A stretch of 64,000 nucleotides of DNA from the NCBI GenBank assembly GCA_014905635.1, contig JABVCE010000028.1, positions 310,001 to 374,000 of the forward strand, written 5' to 3'. The position numbers and the translations under genes are program-made. This document shows positions 37,321-49,360 of this stretch, in pieces (within the stretch, counting starts at the first letter, position 1; every line of letters starts with the position of its first letter). Origin of the DNA: Scenedesmus sp. PABB004. Taxonomy: Eukaryota. The notes under the pieces are model-generated. The model worked only from the letters and a program-made list of their open reading frames with translations, did no database searches and was not told the origin of the DNA.

Positions 37321-37365
<45 letters not shown>
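37321..37365. repeat. (GGC)n trinucleotide repeat just after the VPS16 stop
   Basis: About 14 perfect GGC units. Confidence 0.9.
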
Positions 37366-37366
<1 letters not shown>

Positions 37367-37491
37367 AGGGCTTGCGCGTGCGGCCGCTGTGTGACGGCGG
37401 CGCCTGGCAACGAGCCGAGTTCCCGGGCAGCCCGGGGTTGCCACGCCGGCGCAGCGCCGCGCCCGCCGCAGCCCCGCGTGCGCGCCCTCGC

Positions 37492-40400
37492 TCACATGCC
37501 CGGCGGCGGGCGCGGAAGGTGGCCGGGCATCATGCCGCCGCCGGGCATGGCGGCCGCCATCATCTGGAACTGCTGCTGCTGCGCCGCCGCCATCATCTGC
37601 ATCTGCATCTGCTGCTGCTGCCACGCCATGGCCTGCTGGCGCTGCCACAGGAGCGCCTGCTGCTGCTGCTGCAGCTGCTGCGCCTGCATGCCCGGGCCGA
37701 GCGCGCCGGGTGGCATGCCGTGCGGCGCCCAGCCGGGCGCAAAGTCCGGCGGCGGCAGCGGCGGCGGCGGGCCCTCGTCCTCGTCCGCGTCGGGGTCGTA
37801 CATGGGGCTGGTGTCCTGCGGCCCGCCGCCGCCGCCCCAGCCGCCGCCGGGCGGCGGCGGGCCCGCGGGCAGCGGCGGCGCGCCGTCGGGCGACGCCGGC
37901 TCCGGCGGCGTGCCCGCGGGCAGTGGCGGCGCGAAGCCGTCGTCGTCGTCGTCCGCCGCAAAGGCCCCGGCTCCCCGCCTGACGCGGCCAGGCGCGAAGA
38001 TCTCGCCTGCGGCGCGCGGCGGGGCGGGTGGGTGGGTGCTGTGTGTGCGGGGGCGCACGCCCGGCAGGGGCGCGCTGCTTGCGCCGCCGCTGCTCGAAAC
38101 ACCCTGTGGAGCCTGGACCCCAGAGCGCGCGCGCGCCCCAGCGCCGCACCCTCCTCCTCCTCGTCGTCGTCGTCGTCGTCCGGCGCCCCGGGCACGACAA
38201 ACCGCCGCGGCGGCGGCGCCTGCTGCTGCTGCTGCTGCTGCTGCCCGGCCGTCTGCGCGCCGGCATCGTCCGGCGGCGGAAGCGGCGGCTGCACGCCCTG
38301 CTCCTCCAGCTGCTCTCGCATCAGCTCCTCCCACTGGCTCGCCCACGCGGGCTGCTGCGGCGGCGCCGGCCAGCCGCCGCCGCCCGCGCCCGCCATGGCC
38401 GCCATGTGGTGCGGCGGCACGCCCGGGGGCTGCGGGAACGCAAAGCCAGCGGCGGCGGCGGCGGCGGCGGCGGCGGGGAAGCCAAAGCCAAAGCCTCCCA
38501 TGCCGCCCGGCATGCCGCCGGGCACGCCGCCCCAGTCGGCGTCGCTCTGGCTGCCCCAGCCCGACGCGGCGGCGGAGCCGCCGGCGGTGAAGCTGGAGAA
38601 GCCGCCGCCCTCCTCGCGCCGCGGCGCGGCGGGGCAGACCCAGCCCGACGTCGGGCTGTCGGCGGCGCCGTCCTCGCCCCAGCCCCAGCCGCCGCCGCCG
38701 CCGCCGGGCGCGGCGCCCGGCTCGGCGCCCGGCGCACCGCCGGGCGCGGCCTGCCCCGCCGCCGCAGCGGCGGCGGCGGCGGCGGCCGCGGCCTCGGCGT
38801 CGCGCGCGCGGTCGAGCGGCTCCAGCAGCTGCCGCCACGTGCCGACGCGGCGGTCAGCGAGGTGCTGCTCCGCCCAGTCGGCCTCCCGGTCGGCCTCGAC
38901 CTGCGGCGCCAGCGCGAGCGCGAGCCGCGCCGCCGCGAGCCGAGCGATGAGGCCGCCGCGCGGCAGCGCCGCGCGCGGCGCCGCGCCGCCGAGCGCCCGC
39001 GTGGCCGCGCCCGCGAGCGGCAGCTCGCGCAGGCCGGCGAGGGAGCTGTACTGGTCGAGGATGTATCCAGACACGGTCGCGGGCCCAAACAGGTTGGCGA
39101 CGCGCGGCGGGTCGCGCGGCGGCGCCGCGGCCGCGGCCGCGGCCACGGCGGCCTCCTCCGCGTCCACCTCGGCGATGAGCTCGGCGAGCATCGCCTCCGA
39201 CGGGCTGCCCGGCGCCTCGCCGGCCGGCGGAGCCGCCGGCGCCGCCGGCGCGGCCGCGGCGCCGCGGCCGCGCGGGTCGCGCGACGCCGGCCGCGCCGGC
39301 GCGCCGTTGGCGGGCGCGGGACCCGGCGGCGCGCCGGCGCCGCCGTCCTCGGGCGCGGGCGTCTCGTACCGCGTCAGCACGAGGCGCCGCACGGGCAGGC
39401 CCGGCGGGACGCCGGCCGCGGCCGCCTCGGCCGCCGCGTCCACGCTGCGCTGCAGCACGGCGAGCAGCTGGCGCGCGGGCTGCGCGTGCTCGGCCGCCAC
39501 GCGGCCCTGGCTGACCCAGAGGTCCAGCAGGTGCTGCACCTTCTTCAAACTCTCCCCGTCGTACGCGGCGACCTTGACCAGCTGCGGCAGCCCCGCCGCG
39601 ACCTTGCCCGGCAAGTCCGCCACCTGCGCGGCGCGCGCACGCGTGGGCGCGCGGGCGTCGCGCCGCGCCGCGCCGCTCCGGCCGCCGCCGCGCCGCCGCC
39701 GCGCCGCGCCGCGCAGCGCAGGCGGCCCACCTGCTGCGGCAGCTGCGCCGCCGCCTGCTTGCCGGCCTGCTTGAGCGCCGAGTCGAGCATGTACAGAAGG
39801 TTGACGCGGCCGGGGCCGGCGGGCAGCCTGCGGGCGCGGGGCCGTCAGCGGCGTCCGTGCGGCGTCCGTGGCTGCGGCGCGCGCGGCGCGCGGCGCTTGC
39901 GCGCCCGGCCCCGGCCCGCACCTCGCCATCTGGTCGAGCACCGCGCGCACGACGCGCTGCGGGCCGATGACGGCGCACATCTCCAGCGCCTTGGCGCCCA
40001 CGTCCTTGATGCCCTTGCCCGACACAGGCATCGCCGCGAGCACGCCCGCCCACGCCGCCTCGGCGCGCCGCCGCGCCTCCATGCGCGCCTCGAGCGTGGA
40101 CGCGGCGGCGCCCGGCGCGGCCGCTGGCGCTGGCGGCGCGCCGCCGCCGGAGGCCTGCTTGCCGCGGGCGCCCGCTGCGGTCGCCGCCGCCGCCGCCGCC
40201 AGCGCCGGCGCCGCCGGGCCCTGCTGCTGGGCGCCTGGGCGGGGCCGCGCGGCGGAGCTGGCCGTGGCGCGCGGCTTCGCGGGCGGCGGCGCGGCCTCTC
40301 CGCCCAGCAGAGCCGCCAGCGCAGCCGACTTCGCTGCGGCTGCTGCAGCGGCGCCGCCCGCAACTGCCGCAGCTGCTGGGGGCTTGGGCGTGGTGGAGGG

Positions 40401-41972
40401 CGAGCGCCCAGCAATGGCGGGCGAGCGGCCGGCGACGCCGGGCGACCTGCCAGCTGCCACGGTGCCTGACGAGCTGACGCGCGGCAGCTTGCCTCCGGCG
40501 CCGCCAGCCGCCGCTGCCCCAGCGCCGCCGCCGGCCGGCTGCGGCGGCCTGCCGGCCGGCGGCTGCTTTGGCGGGCCGCTGCCTCGGGGCCCGGCCTTCG
40601 CCGCCCCCGGCGCTTCGTCCAGGAGGACGGTGCGGGGCCGCGCGCCCTTCAGCTGCTGGGCCTTGGCCGCCGCCTGTTTGACCGCCGCCTGCAGCTGGTG
40701 TTCAGACGGAGCGGCCGGCCGGCCCTTGGGCCGGGCCTGCGTCTGCTGCTGTGGGGGCGACAGCAGCTGCTGCTGCTGTGGCGGCGGCGGCTGCTGTCCC
40801 TGCTCTGGCGCCTGCTGCTGCTCCTGCTGCTGCTGCTGATGCTGCTGCGCCTTGGGCAGCTGGCCGTTGGCGCCCACTGCTGCAGCCTTGCCGCGCCGCC
40901 CCGGCCCGCCCTGGCGCTGGCCCTGCTGCTGGCCGGCGCTGGCTACGCGTAGCCGTGCGGGCGGCTGCTGCGCCGTGCCGTCCGCGCCGTCGCTGCCGCC
41001 GCCGTCGCCGCTGTCGCTGCCGCCGTCGCTGCCGTCGTCGCTGCCGCTGCTGCTGCTGCCCATGCTGCCGTCCTCACTGCTCAGGCCCTGCTGCGCCTGG
41101 CCCTGGCGCTCCTGCTGCTTGCCTGCCGGCCCGCCGCCAGGCGCCGCCGCGCCGTCCTTGCGCCGCTTGGCTGCCTGCTCGCGGCCCCCGGCGACGCCAG
41201 CATCGGGGCCGCGCTGCGCCGCACGCCCGCGCTTGCGCCCGCCTGCCTCCTGCGCCGCGGCCGCGGCCGCCCTGCCCGCCGCAAGCGCCTTGGGCGTGTC
41301 GCAGCCGGGCGCCCAGGCGGGCTGCACGCCGTCCAGCCAGCGGACCTGCGTGGCCACGCCGCGGGTGTCATCCTCCTGCGAGACGGCAGTGCCAAACCCG
41401 CCTGCGCGCCGCGGCGGGCGCGGGGGCGGGGCGGGCGCGGTGTGACTCGGCGCGCGGCTGCGCGCGTGCGCGTGCGCGCCGCGCCGGCACGCCGCTGCGG
41501 CTCGCCCCGCGCGCATGGAGCTGCCGCGCTCGGCGCCGCACCCGCAAACGTGACGTCCTCGCAGTCGCCGTCGTCGTAGCGGACGTGCAGCGAGGGCAGG
41601 TGGTCGGGCTCGTCGCGCGGCGGCGGCTCGATGCGCCCCCGGAACCACTTGCCCTGGTCCGGCCAGAACGTCTGCGCCGGCGCGTGCGGCGCGTGAGCGG
41701 CGACCGCCGGCGCGCGCACGCCGCCGGGCAGCAGGCCGCAGCGGGGCGAGCAGCGGGGCGAGCAGCGCGCTGCGCTGCTGCTCGGCGCACGGCTGCAGCG
41801 GGCGGCGGCGCGGCGCGCCGCCGGCAGCGTCGCCCGTCGCACGGCCACGGTCCCGGCCACGAGCCCCGCCCACCTCTATGCGCAGCCCCAGGAGCGGGCT
41901 CGCCTCGGTGTAGAGCTGCTCCGCGCGCACAGACAGCGCCTTCGCGCCGTCGGCGCCTCCTCCGCCGTCCAT
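37492..41972 (-). CDS. Nuclear protein with Tudor-like domain, CTD-interacting (CID/RPR) domain and Pro/Gln-rich tail; HUA2-like architecture
   Basis: LLGLRIE|TFWPDQGKWFRGRI..LHVRYDDGDCE (Tudor-like); SGKGIKDVGAKAL, RVNLLYMLDSALK, LPQLVKVAA, KVQHLLDLW (CID); NLS-like RKRGR and AKRRK; PPLPPP motifs. Confidence 0.7.
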
Positions 41973-42432
41973 GGCCTCGCCGCCCCGCGCAGGGCGTCGC
42001 CGGCCCGGCTGCGGCGCCGGGGCGGCTCGAGCAGCAGCAGAAGAGATGCGAGGGTCGCCTGCTCGCGCTGCCGTGGACGCCCACGCCGCCTGCCGTGGGC
42101 GCTAGTTCGCAGCTGCTCGATCAAGGCGCCTCTCCGGCGGATCAGGCGCGCCGTCTGGCCAGGGCGGCCCACAGTCCGCCGCCCGCTGCTGCCGCCGCTG
42201 CGCGTGCGCGGCCCCTGCCGCGCCGCACTCGCCGCAGCGGGGGCTCTGTGGCGGAGACTGCTGCTGGGCCGGCTTGGTGGGGGATCGGCGGCGCTGGGTC
42301 TGGGGCGTCACGCCCCGGATGACGAGAGCGCACGACGGCCCTGCTGGGGCACCGATGCGCCCCCCGCCGCGTGAGCGCCGTTGCACCAGGCAGCCCGCAC
42401 ACACAAGAGCTTGGGTCGGCGGCTGCGGCCTT

Positions 42433-42560
42433 GCGCCCCCCGCCTCCGCGCCGCCGCCCTGGCCCGCCCCCGGGCCGCCGTCGTGCGGCGGCGCGGGTCC
42501 CCGACCGGGGGCACCCGTGCCCTCCCGCGCCGGCGCTGCGTCCGCCGCGGGCAGCTCCAT
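42433..42560 (-). pseudogene. Duplicated 5' fragment (about 43 codons) of the CCCH zinc-finger gene
   Basis: MELPAADAAPAREGTGAPGRG...AEAGGA identical to 47918-48045, then unrelated sequence to a stop at 42102. Confidence 0.85.
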
Positions 42561-43519
42561 GCTGATGCGCGGCCCTCGCGAGGCCGGCGGGGCCCCTGGC
42601 TAGCGCTTGGGCCACATGTGGGCGGCGCGTCGCGTGTCGCGCCACGGGCTGGGTCTGCGGCGCCGCGGCAGCGGGCGCGCTCACATGGGCGCGCACGGGC
42701 AGAGGCGCGGGCGGCTGTCCGGCGCCGCGCCTGCCGCAAGGCGCCGTGCGTCGCAGGCCGGCGGCCGGGCACCCCGGCGCGTGTGCCCAGCTGCGGCGGC
42801 TGCGGGCGCTCCGCGGCGGCGCCGCCCGACGTCGTCGACGTCCCCCCGCGCGGCCAGCCTCGTGCGGCAACCTGGAGCGCGCGCGACAGCTGGCCCTCCC
42901 GCGCCGGGCTGGCCCAGATCGTGGCGAGGGCTGGCGACCGCCGGGCCCGCAGCCGGGCGGCCGCCGACCCGCCGCCGAGCGCTCAACCGGGCGGCCTGCG
43001 CAGCGGCGCCCGGCGGGTGACCCGCGCCGCCGCCGGCCGGCAGCGCGCCCGGCGAACGGCCTGGGCTGTGCTGGGGCGAGAGCCGCGGCCACCGTGCGCG
43101 CTCCGCCTGGGGCCAGTCGCGTGGACCGCGACGGTGCCCGCGCGCCGGTGGCGCCGCCAGGTGCGGCCGGTGGCCCCCCACACACGCGCCGACGAGCGCG
43201 CGCGGGTTATCTCGCTCCACCCCGCGGTCCGCGCGCCCGGTGGCTGCGCGCAGGGCCAACGGCCTTCGCCCGCTCGCGCACGCCCCACCAGGCGCGCGCC
43301 CAGGTGCGTCAGGCGGACGTCCCGCCGCCACCAGGCGGGCGCCGACGGCTGGCGGGCGCAGGCGCCGCGCGGCCAGCAACAGGCCCGCGCGCGCCACAAC
43401 GCAGGCTCGGGAGCCGCCTGTTTGGCCTGCGCCGCCTGTTTGGCTCAGCGGCGCGGCCGTCGTGCTGCCCGCAGGTTCAGCACTGTGATCCGGCGATCGC
43501 GCGGCATGGCACCCCGGCG
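42433..43519 (-). repeat. 1.09-kb inverted repeat, left arm (partner 46954-48045)
   Basis: Near-identical reverse complement with a few substitutions and short indels; ends 20 nt before the CBM1 gene ATG. Confidence 0.95.
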
Positions 43520-43539
43520 CTGAGGAGGGCCAGGGGCCA

Positions 43540-46516
43540 ATGGCTCGAAAGCAGCGGCGCCGCGCCGCCGGCACGGGGCCGCAGGCGAGGCTCCCGGCCC
43601 TGCGGCTGGCACGAGCAGCCGTCCTGGTCCTGCTGGCGGCGCTGGCGGGCTGCCTGCCCGCGGCGGCCGGCGACCAGGTGGGGGGAGGCACGGCCGGCGG
43701 CGCGCGGGTGACGCCACCGCTAATCGCGCCGCCGCTGCCCGCGTGCCCGCGCCCCCGCCCTGCCCCGTCGCGCCGCCAACCCCCGCTGCCTCTGCCGCCA
43801 CCTCCGCTGCAGGGCCCGTGGGGCCAGTGCGGCGGCCTGAGCGGCTGCCCAGGCGGGCCGGCGGCCTGCGCCGACGCGGAGTGGCCGGGCGCGGCCTGCC
43901 CCGCCGGCTTCAGCTGCGTCCGCCAGGACCGCTGGTACTGGGGGTGCAGGGAGGACCGCAGCCTGCAGCCGGCGGACGCGGTGCAGCTGCAGCGGTCGCA
44001 GGAGGCCGCCGCGCGCGCGTCGGCGCGGGCTGCGTCGGCCGGCGCCGGCGAGTGGGGCCAGTGCGGCGGCATCAACGGCCCCGGCTGCGGCAGCACGCGC
44101 GCCTGCGGTGACGGCGCGTGGGCGGGCTGCCCGCCGGGCTGGGCCTGCGTTCGGCTGGACGCATTTTACTATCAATGCAAGCCCGGCAGCCAGGCGCCCG
44201 AGGGCTACGTGGCGCCGCCGCTGCCGGCTGCGGAGCCCGCGGCGGCGCCGGAGCCCGCGGCGGCGCCGGAGCCCGCGGCGCGGCCCGCAGGCGCCGCGGT
44301 GGCAGCAGCGGCAGCGGCGGCGGCGGCGGCGCCGCCGCAGCGCGAGCGCGCGCGATCGACCGGCGCGGCGGCGCCGGAGCCGGCGTCGCAGCAGGCGGAC
44401 GTGCGCCCCGCGGCGGCGGCGCAGCCCGCCGCGGTGCCGCGTGGGGCGCCGCAGCAGCCGGTCGTCGCGCCGGCGGCCACGGGTGTGCAGGAGCGCCAGC
44501 AGCAGCAGCGCGGCGCGCCCGCGCCGGCGGCGGCGCTGCCAGACAACGCGGCCGCGGCCGAGGCCCCGGCAGAGCCTGCCGCCGAGCCCGCGCCTGCCGT
44601 CGGCGCCTCCCCCCGCCGGCGCCCGTGTCGCTGGGCCTTGACTTTCCTGGTGAGCGCGCGGCGCCGCGGGCCTGAGCCGCCCGCCACCCCTCCGCGCGCG
44701 CCCCGGGTCGGCCGCCCGGCGCTGAGCTCCGAGCCCCCGCCCCGCAGGCGTGTCGGCGGAGGAGTTCCAGCGCAGCTACGCCGACGGCGCGCTCGCCGCC
44801 GTGTCCGAGGTGTCGGGCGTGTCCGCGGCCAACATCAGCGCGTCGGTCGGCGCGCCGCCCGGCGCCGGCGGCCGCGCGCGCCGGCGCCGGCTGCTGCAGG
44901 GCCCCGCCGCTGCCCCGGGCGGCGTGAGCGTCGCGTACGCGATCGGCGCCGCCGACCCCGCCGCCGCGCTCCGCGGCATCGCCGCCGCGACCGCGAACGG
45001 CGGCGCCGGCTTCTACGCCTCGCTCGCCAGCAACGGCGTGCCGCTGCGCCCCGCGATCCGGGTGAACGGCCGCGAGGCCGTCCCGCTCGTGCCGCAGCCG
45101 CCCGCCGCGCCGCGCTCCGGGCCGGCCGCGCCGCGCGCCGCCGGCTGGCCGGCCTGGAAGCGCGCGGTCGTCGGCGGCGCGGTGTCGCTGGCGGCGCTGC
45201 TCGCGCTCGCCGGCGCGGCGGCGGCGTGCGTGGCGTGCCGGCGCCGCCGGGTCGACCGCGTGCGGCGCAAGGAGGCCGAGATTGTTGCTGCGGACACGCA
45301 CGAGCCGTATCCTCACGACGACGACCGCGGCGGCCCGCACGCGGCGGCCGACCAGCTGCCCGACGCGGCGGCAGGCGCACGCAAGCGCGATGCGGCGGCG
45401 CACGCCGGCAGGTGTGCGCGGCGCTGCGGGCAGGCGGCGCGCGCCGCGCTCGCTCCACTCCGCGCGGCTGGCCGCGCGCGCCTCACGCGCCCGCCGTGCG
45501 CCCCTGCCGCCCCGCCTTGCCAGGGCCGCGCGCGCCGACCAGGCGGCGTCGCCCGACCAGGGCCGCGCCGCGATCGCGGCCGTGGCCGCCCCGGGCGGCG
45601 CGCCGAAGGACGGCAGCACGTTTGCTTCCGCGGCGGCCGCCGGCGCGGCGGCGGCCGCGCTCATGGACCAGGCAGCGCCCCGCGCCGCGGGCGGCGACGC
45701 CGCGACGCGGGCGGGCAGCAGCGGCGGCGCGCGCGCCGGCGCCGGCGCCGGCGCCGCCCTGGCGCAGCGCCCGCCCTGGGACGCCTCCACGACGCCCGGA
45801 CGGCCCCAGGACCCGCCCGCGCGGCGCGAGTCGGGCGCGGGCGTGGAGCCGTGGCGGCCGCCCAAGGCCGCCGAGCCGTGGCGCCCCGCCGCGCCGTGGA
45901 AGCCGCCGTCCGCGCACGCCGAGATCCCGCCGCTGCCCGCGCTGCGCGCGAGCGCCGCCGCCGGCGCCGGCGCCACGCCGGGGCACTCCCGGCGCGGCTC
46001 GGCAGTCGACGACTATCCCTCCACGCCGCCGGTCGGCGGCGACGCGCTCGAGTCGGGCGACGGCTTCGAGACGCCCCGCAGCAGCGCGAGCTACGCGAGC
46101 GCGCGCAGCGGCGGGAGCTTTGTCAGCGCGCGCAGCGGCGCGGGCTCCGACGCGGGCTCAGGTGCGGCGCGGCGCCGCGCCGCCGGCTGCAGCAGGGGGC
46201 GGGGGCCCGCGCGGCCGCGCTCGCGGGCGACCCGGCCCAACCCGACCCGCCGCCGCCGCCGCTGCCGCCGCTGTCGCTGCCGCGCGCAGCTGTCACTGCC
46301 GCGAGCTTCCAGACCGCCGCCAGCCGGTTGAGCCAGGGCAGCAGCGCGGCCAGCTTCCAGACCGCCGGCGGCTCGCTCGCGGGCTCGCAGGCCGGCTCTG
46401 CCGCGGGCTCGGCGCCCGGCTCTGCGGCCGGCGGCAGCGCCAACCTGCCCGCGCTCGCCGCGGCGGCGGCCGCGCCGGGCGCCTCTGGCGAGCGGCTGCC
46501 GGTCGTGCGGCCGTGA
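43540..46516 (+). CDS. Type I membrane protein: signal peptide, two CBM1-like modules, Pro/Ala stalk, SEA-like segment with RRLLQ, one TM helix, Ser-rich cytosolic tail
   Basis: WGQCGG...C...C.RQDRWYWGC and WGQCGG...C...C.RLDAFYYQC; TM AVVGGAVSLAALLALAGAAAACVAC followed by RRRR. Five exons; a 1-nt phase mismatch at intron 44650-44747. Confidence 0.8.
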
Positions 46517-46953
46517 GGGCGTGCGCGTGACGGACGTCAACTCTGTGGTTGGCATTGTGTGATCATTGGCGGTGGCCCCCGTGAGCCACAGCAGTGGGGG
46601 GACGCCAGCCCGGGGTCGCGACAGGAACTTGTGCTGCGCTGTTGACCGCCTGGACCGCGGCGGGCGGCCGCTTGCCCCACTGCCGCCGCCGTGGTGCTGC
46701 TGTGCACCACGCGCCAGCGTTGCGACGAAACGCTGGTGCGTGCAGCGCAGCAGGGCGCCGGCGGCTGGCCGGCGCACCCGAGCGGTGGTTGTTTGATTCG
46801 GCTGGCAACATTCGACCAGGTTGCCACCACACGTCAGGAGATCCGCCACGCACGCCACCAGCAGCGGTCAGCAAGGCGACCAAGCGCGCGGCCGGCCGCC
46901 GGCGGCGCGGGTCACCCACGCCGAGCGCGGCAGCGCAGGCCGCGAGCGCTCGA

Positions 46954-48045
46954 CGCCGGGGTGCCATGCCGCGCGATCGCCGGATCACAGTGCTGAACCT
47001 GCGGGCAGCACGACGGCCGCGCCGCTGAGCCAAACAGGTGGCGCCGCAGGCCGCCCGAGCCTGCGTTGTGCGCGCGGGCCTGTTGCTGGCCGCGCGGCGC
47101 CTGCGCCCGCCAGCCGTCGGCGCCCGCCGTCGGCGCCCGCCTGGTGGCGGCGGGGCGTCCGCCTGACGCGCCTGGGAGCGCGCCTGATGGGGCGTGCGCA
47201 AGCGGGCGAAGGCCGTTGGCCCTGCGCGCAGCCACCGGGCGCGCGGACCGCGGGGTGGAGCGAGATAGCCCGCGCGCGCTCGTCGGCGCGTGTGTGGGGG
47301 CCACCGGCCGCACCTGGCGGCGCCACCGGCGCGCGGGCCCCGTCGCGGTCCGCGCGACTGGCCCCAGGCGGAGCGCGCTCGGTGGCCGCGGCTCTCGCCC
47401 CAGCACAGCCCAGGCCGTCCGCCGGGCGCGCTGCCGGCCGGCGGCGGCGCGGGTCACCCGCCGGGCGCCGCTGCGCAGGCCGCCCGGTTGAGCGCTCGGC
47501 GGCGGGTCGGCGGCCGCCCGGCTGCGGGCCCGGCGGTCCCTAGCCCTCGCCACGATCTGGGCCAGCCCGGCGTGGGAGGGCCAGCTGTCGCGCGCGCTCC
47601 AGGTTGCCGCACGAGGCTGGCCGCGCGGGGGGACGTCGACGACGTCGGGCGGCGCCGCCGCGGAGCGCCCGCAGCCGCCGCAGCTGGGCACACGCGCCGG
47701 GGTGCCCGGCCGCCGGCCTGCGACGCACGGCGCCTTGCGGCAGGCGCGGCGCCGGACAGCCGCCCGCGCCTCTGCCCGTGCGCGCGCGCCCATGTGAGCG
47801 CGCCCGCTGCCGCGGCGCCGCAGACCCAGCCCGTGGCGCGACACGCGACGCGCCGCCCACATGTGGCCCAAGCGCTAGCCAGGGGCCCCGCCGGCCTCGC
47901 GAGGGCCGCGCATCAGCATGGAGCTGCCCGCGGCGGACGCAGCGCCGGCGCGGGAGGGCACGGGTGCCCCCGGTCGGGGACCCGCGCCGCCGCACGACGG
48001 CGGCCCGGGGGCGGGCCAGGGCGGCGGCGCGGAGGCGGGGGGCGC
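46954..48045 (+). repeat. 1.09-kb inverted repeat, right arm (partner 42433-43519)
   Basis: Contains the upstream region and first ~43 codons of the CCCH gene. Confidence 0.95.
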
Positions 48046-49321
48046 CAGTGATTCCCAGGTCGGCATAGAGTTGCAGAACGAGCTCGTTTACGAAGCGGAT
48101 GCCACCTTTTACACGTCCGACGACTTCACCATGTACTACTTCAAGGTCCTCAGGTGCGGGGCGCCGCGGCCCTGCGCCGGCGGCACCGGCGCCGCGGCAG
48201 CCGGCCGCCGCGCCGCTGCTCGCTCGCTCGTCCGCCGACGCGTCGTTGCCCGCTGTTGCGCCCGCGCCCGCAGATGCCCCGAGGTCAGCTCGCGTTCCCT
48301 CGGCGTCCCGCGCGGCCTGCACCCGCTGGCGCCCCGGCCGCCCGCCGAGCGCCGCGGCCGCCGCCGCCCGCCGAGCGCCGCCGCCGCCGCCGCCCGCAGA
48401 AGTGCCCGCACGTGTGGCAGGAGTGCCCCTTCACGCACCACAGCGAGCGTGCGCGGCGCCGCGACCTGCGGCTGTTCACGTACACGCCAGACATGTGCCC
48501 CGACGCGCGCAGCGGCCGCACGTGCCCGCGCGGCGACGCCTGCAGCAGCAGCCACAACACGTTTGAGAGCTGGCTGCACCCCAACCAGTGAGCCGCACGC
48601 GCAGTCACCCCCTTCCCCCCCCCCCCCCCCCACCCCTCGCCTCGCGCGCGGTGTGGCCGCGCGCCGGCTGCCGACCGCCGCGCCGACCGCGCGCCAGGTA
48701 CCGGACCCAGCTGTGCGCCGCGGGCTCGACCTGCGCGCGCCGCATGTGTTTCTTCGCGCACTCGCAGTCCCAGCTGCGCGCGCCCAACCGCGACGCCGAC
48801 CACGCCGCCGCGGCGCGCTCGGCGGCGGTGGTCGCGGGCTCCATCCCCTGCACGAGCAAGCCGGGCGTGTCGGTCGTGGGCGCGCCCTGGCTCAAGGCGC
48901 AGCGCGAGCAGCTGCTCGAGCAGGCGCGGCAGCAGCAGCTCTCGGCGGGAGGCCCGCCGCCGGCGCTGCTGCCGGGCGGCCAGCCGGGGCAGCACGTGCC
49001 CCCGGGCGTGGCGGACCTGGTCACCGCCACGCACATGCTCGCCCTGGGCGCCCGCGGCCCCGCCCCGCCCAGGGTCGGGCGCACCACGTCGGCCGTGCTG
49101 CCGCCGGGCGTGCCGCTCGCTGGCGGCGCGCGCCCCGCGCCGGCGGCGAGCGCCGCGTCGGGCGACCCGCCAGGCCTGGTGCCCGGCCCCCTGCGCACGA
49201 ACAGCGCGCCGGCCGCTGCGTTTGCGCAGCACCGCCAGCCCCACTCCCAGGCGCAGTACGGCGCGCCGCAGCTGCTGGTCGCCCCGCAGCAGCACCTGCA
49301 CTACCCACAGGAGCAGTTTGC

Positions 49322-49360
<39 letters not shown>

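Noticed and set aside
46563..46967. Minus-strand ORF starting MAPRRRALAACAAAL as a secreted-protein gene
   Set aside because: It crosses the repeat junction into the antisense of the CBM1 3' UTR and has no domain; the left arm reads MAPRR* at the same place.
42433..48045. DNA transposon with long terminal inverted repeats
   Set aside because: No transposase or target-site duplication; the arm includes host TZF coding sequence.
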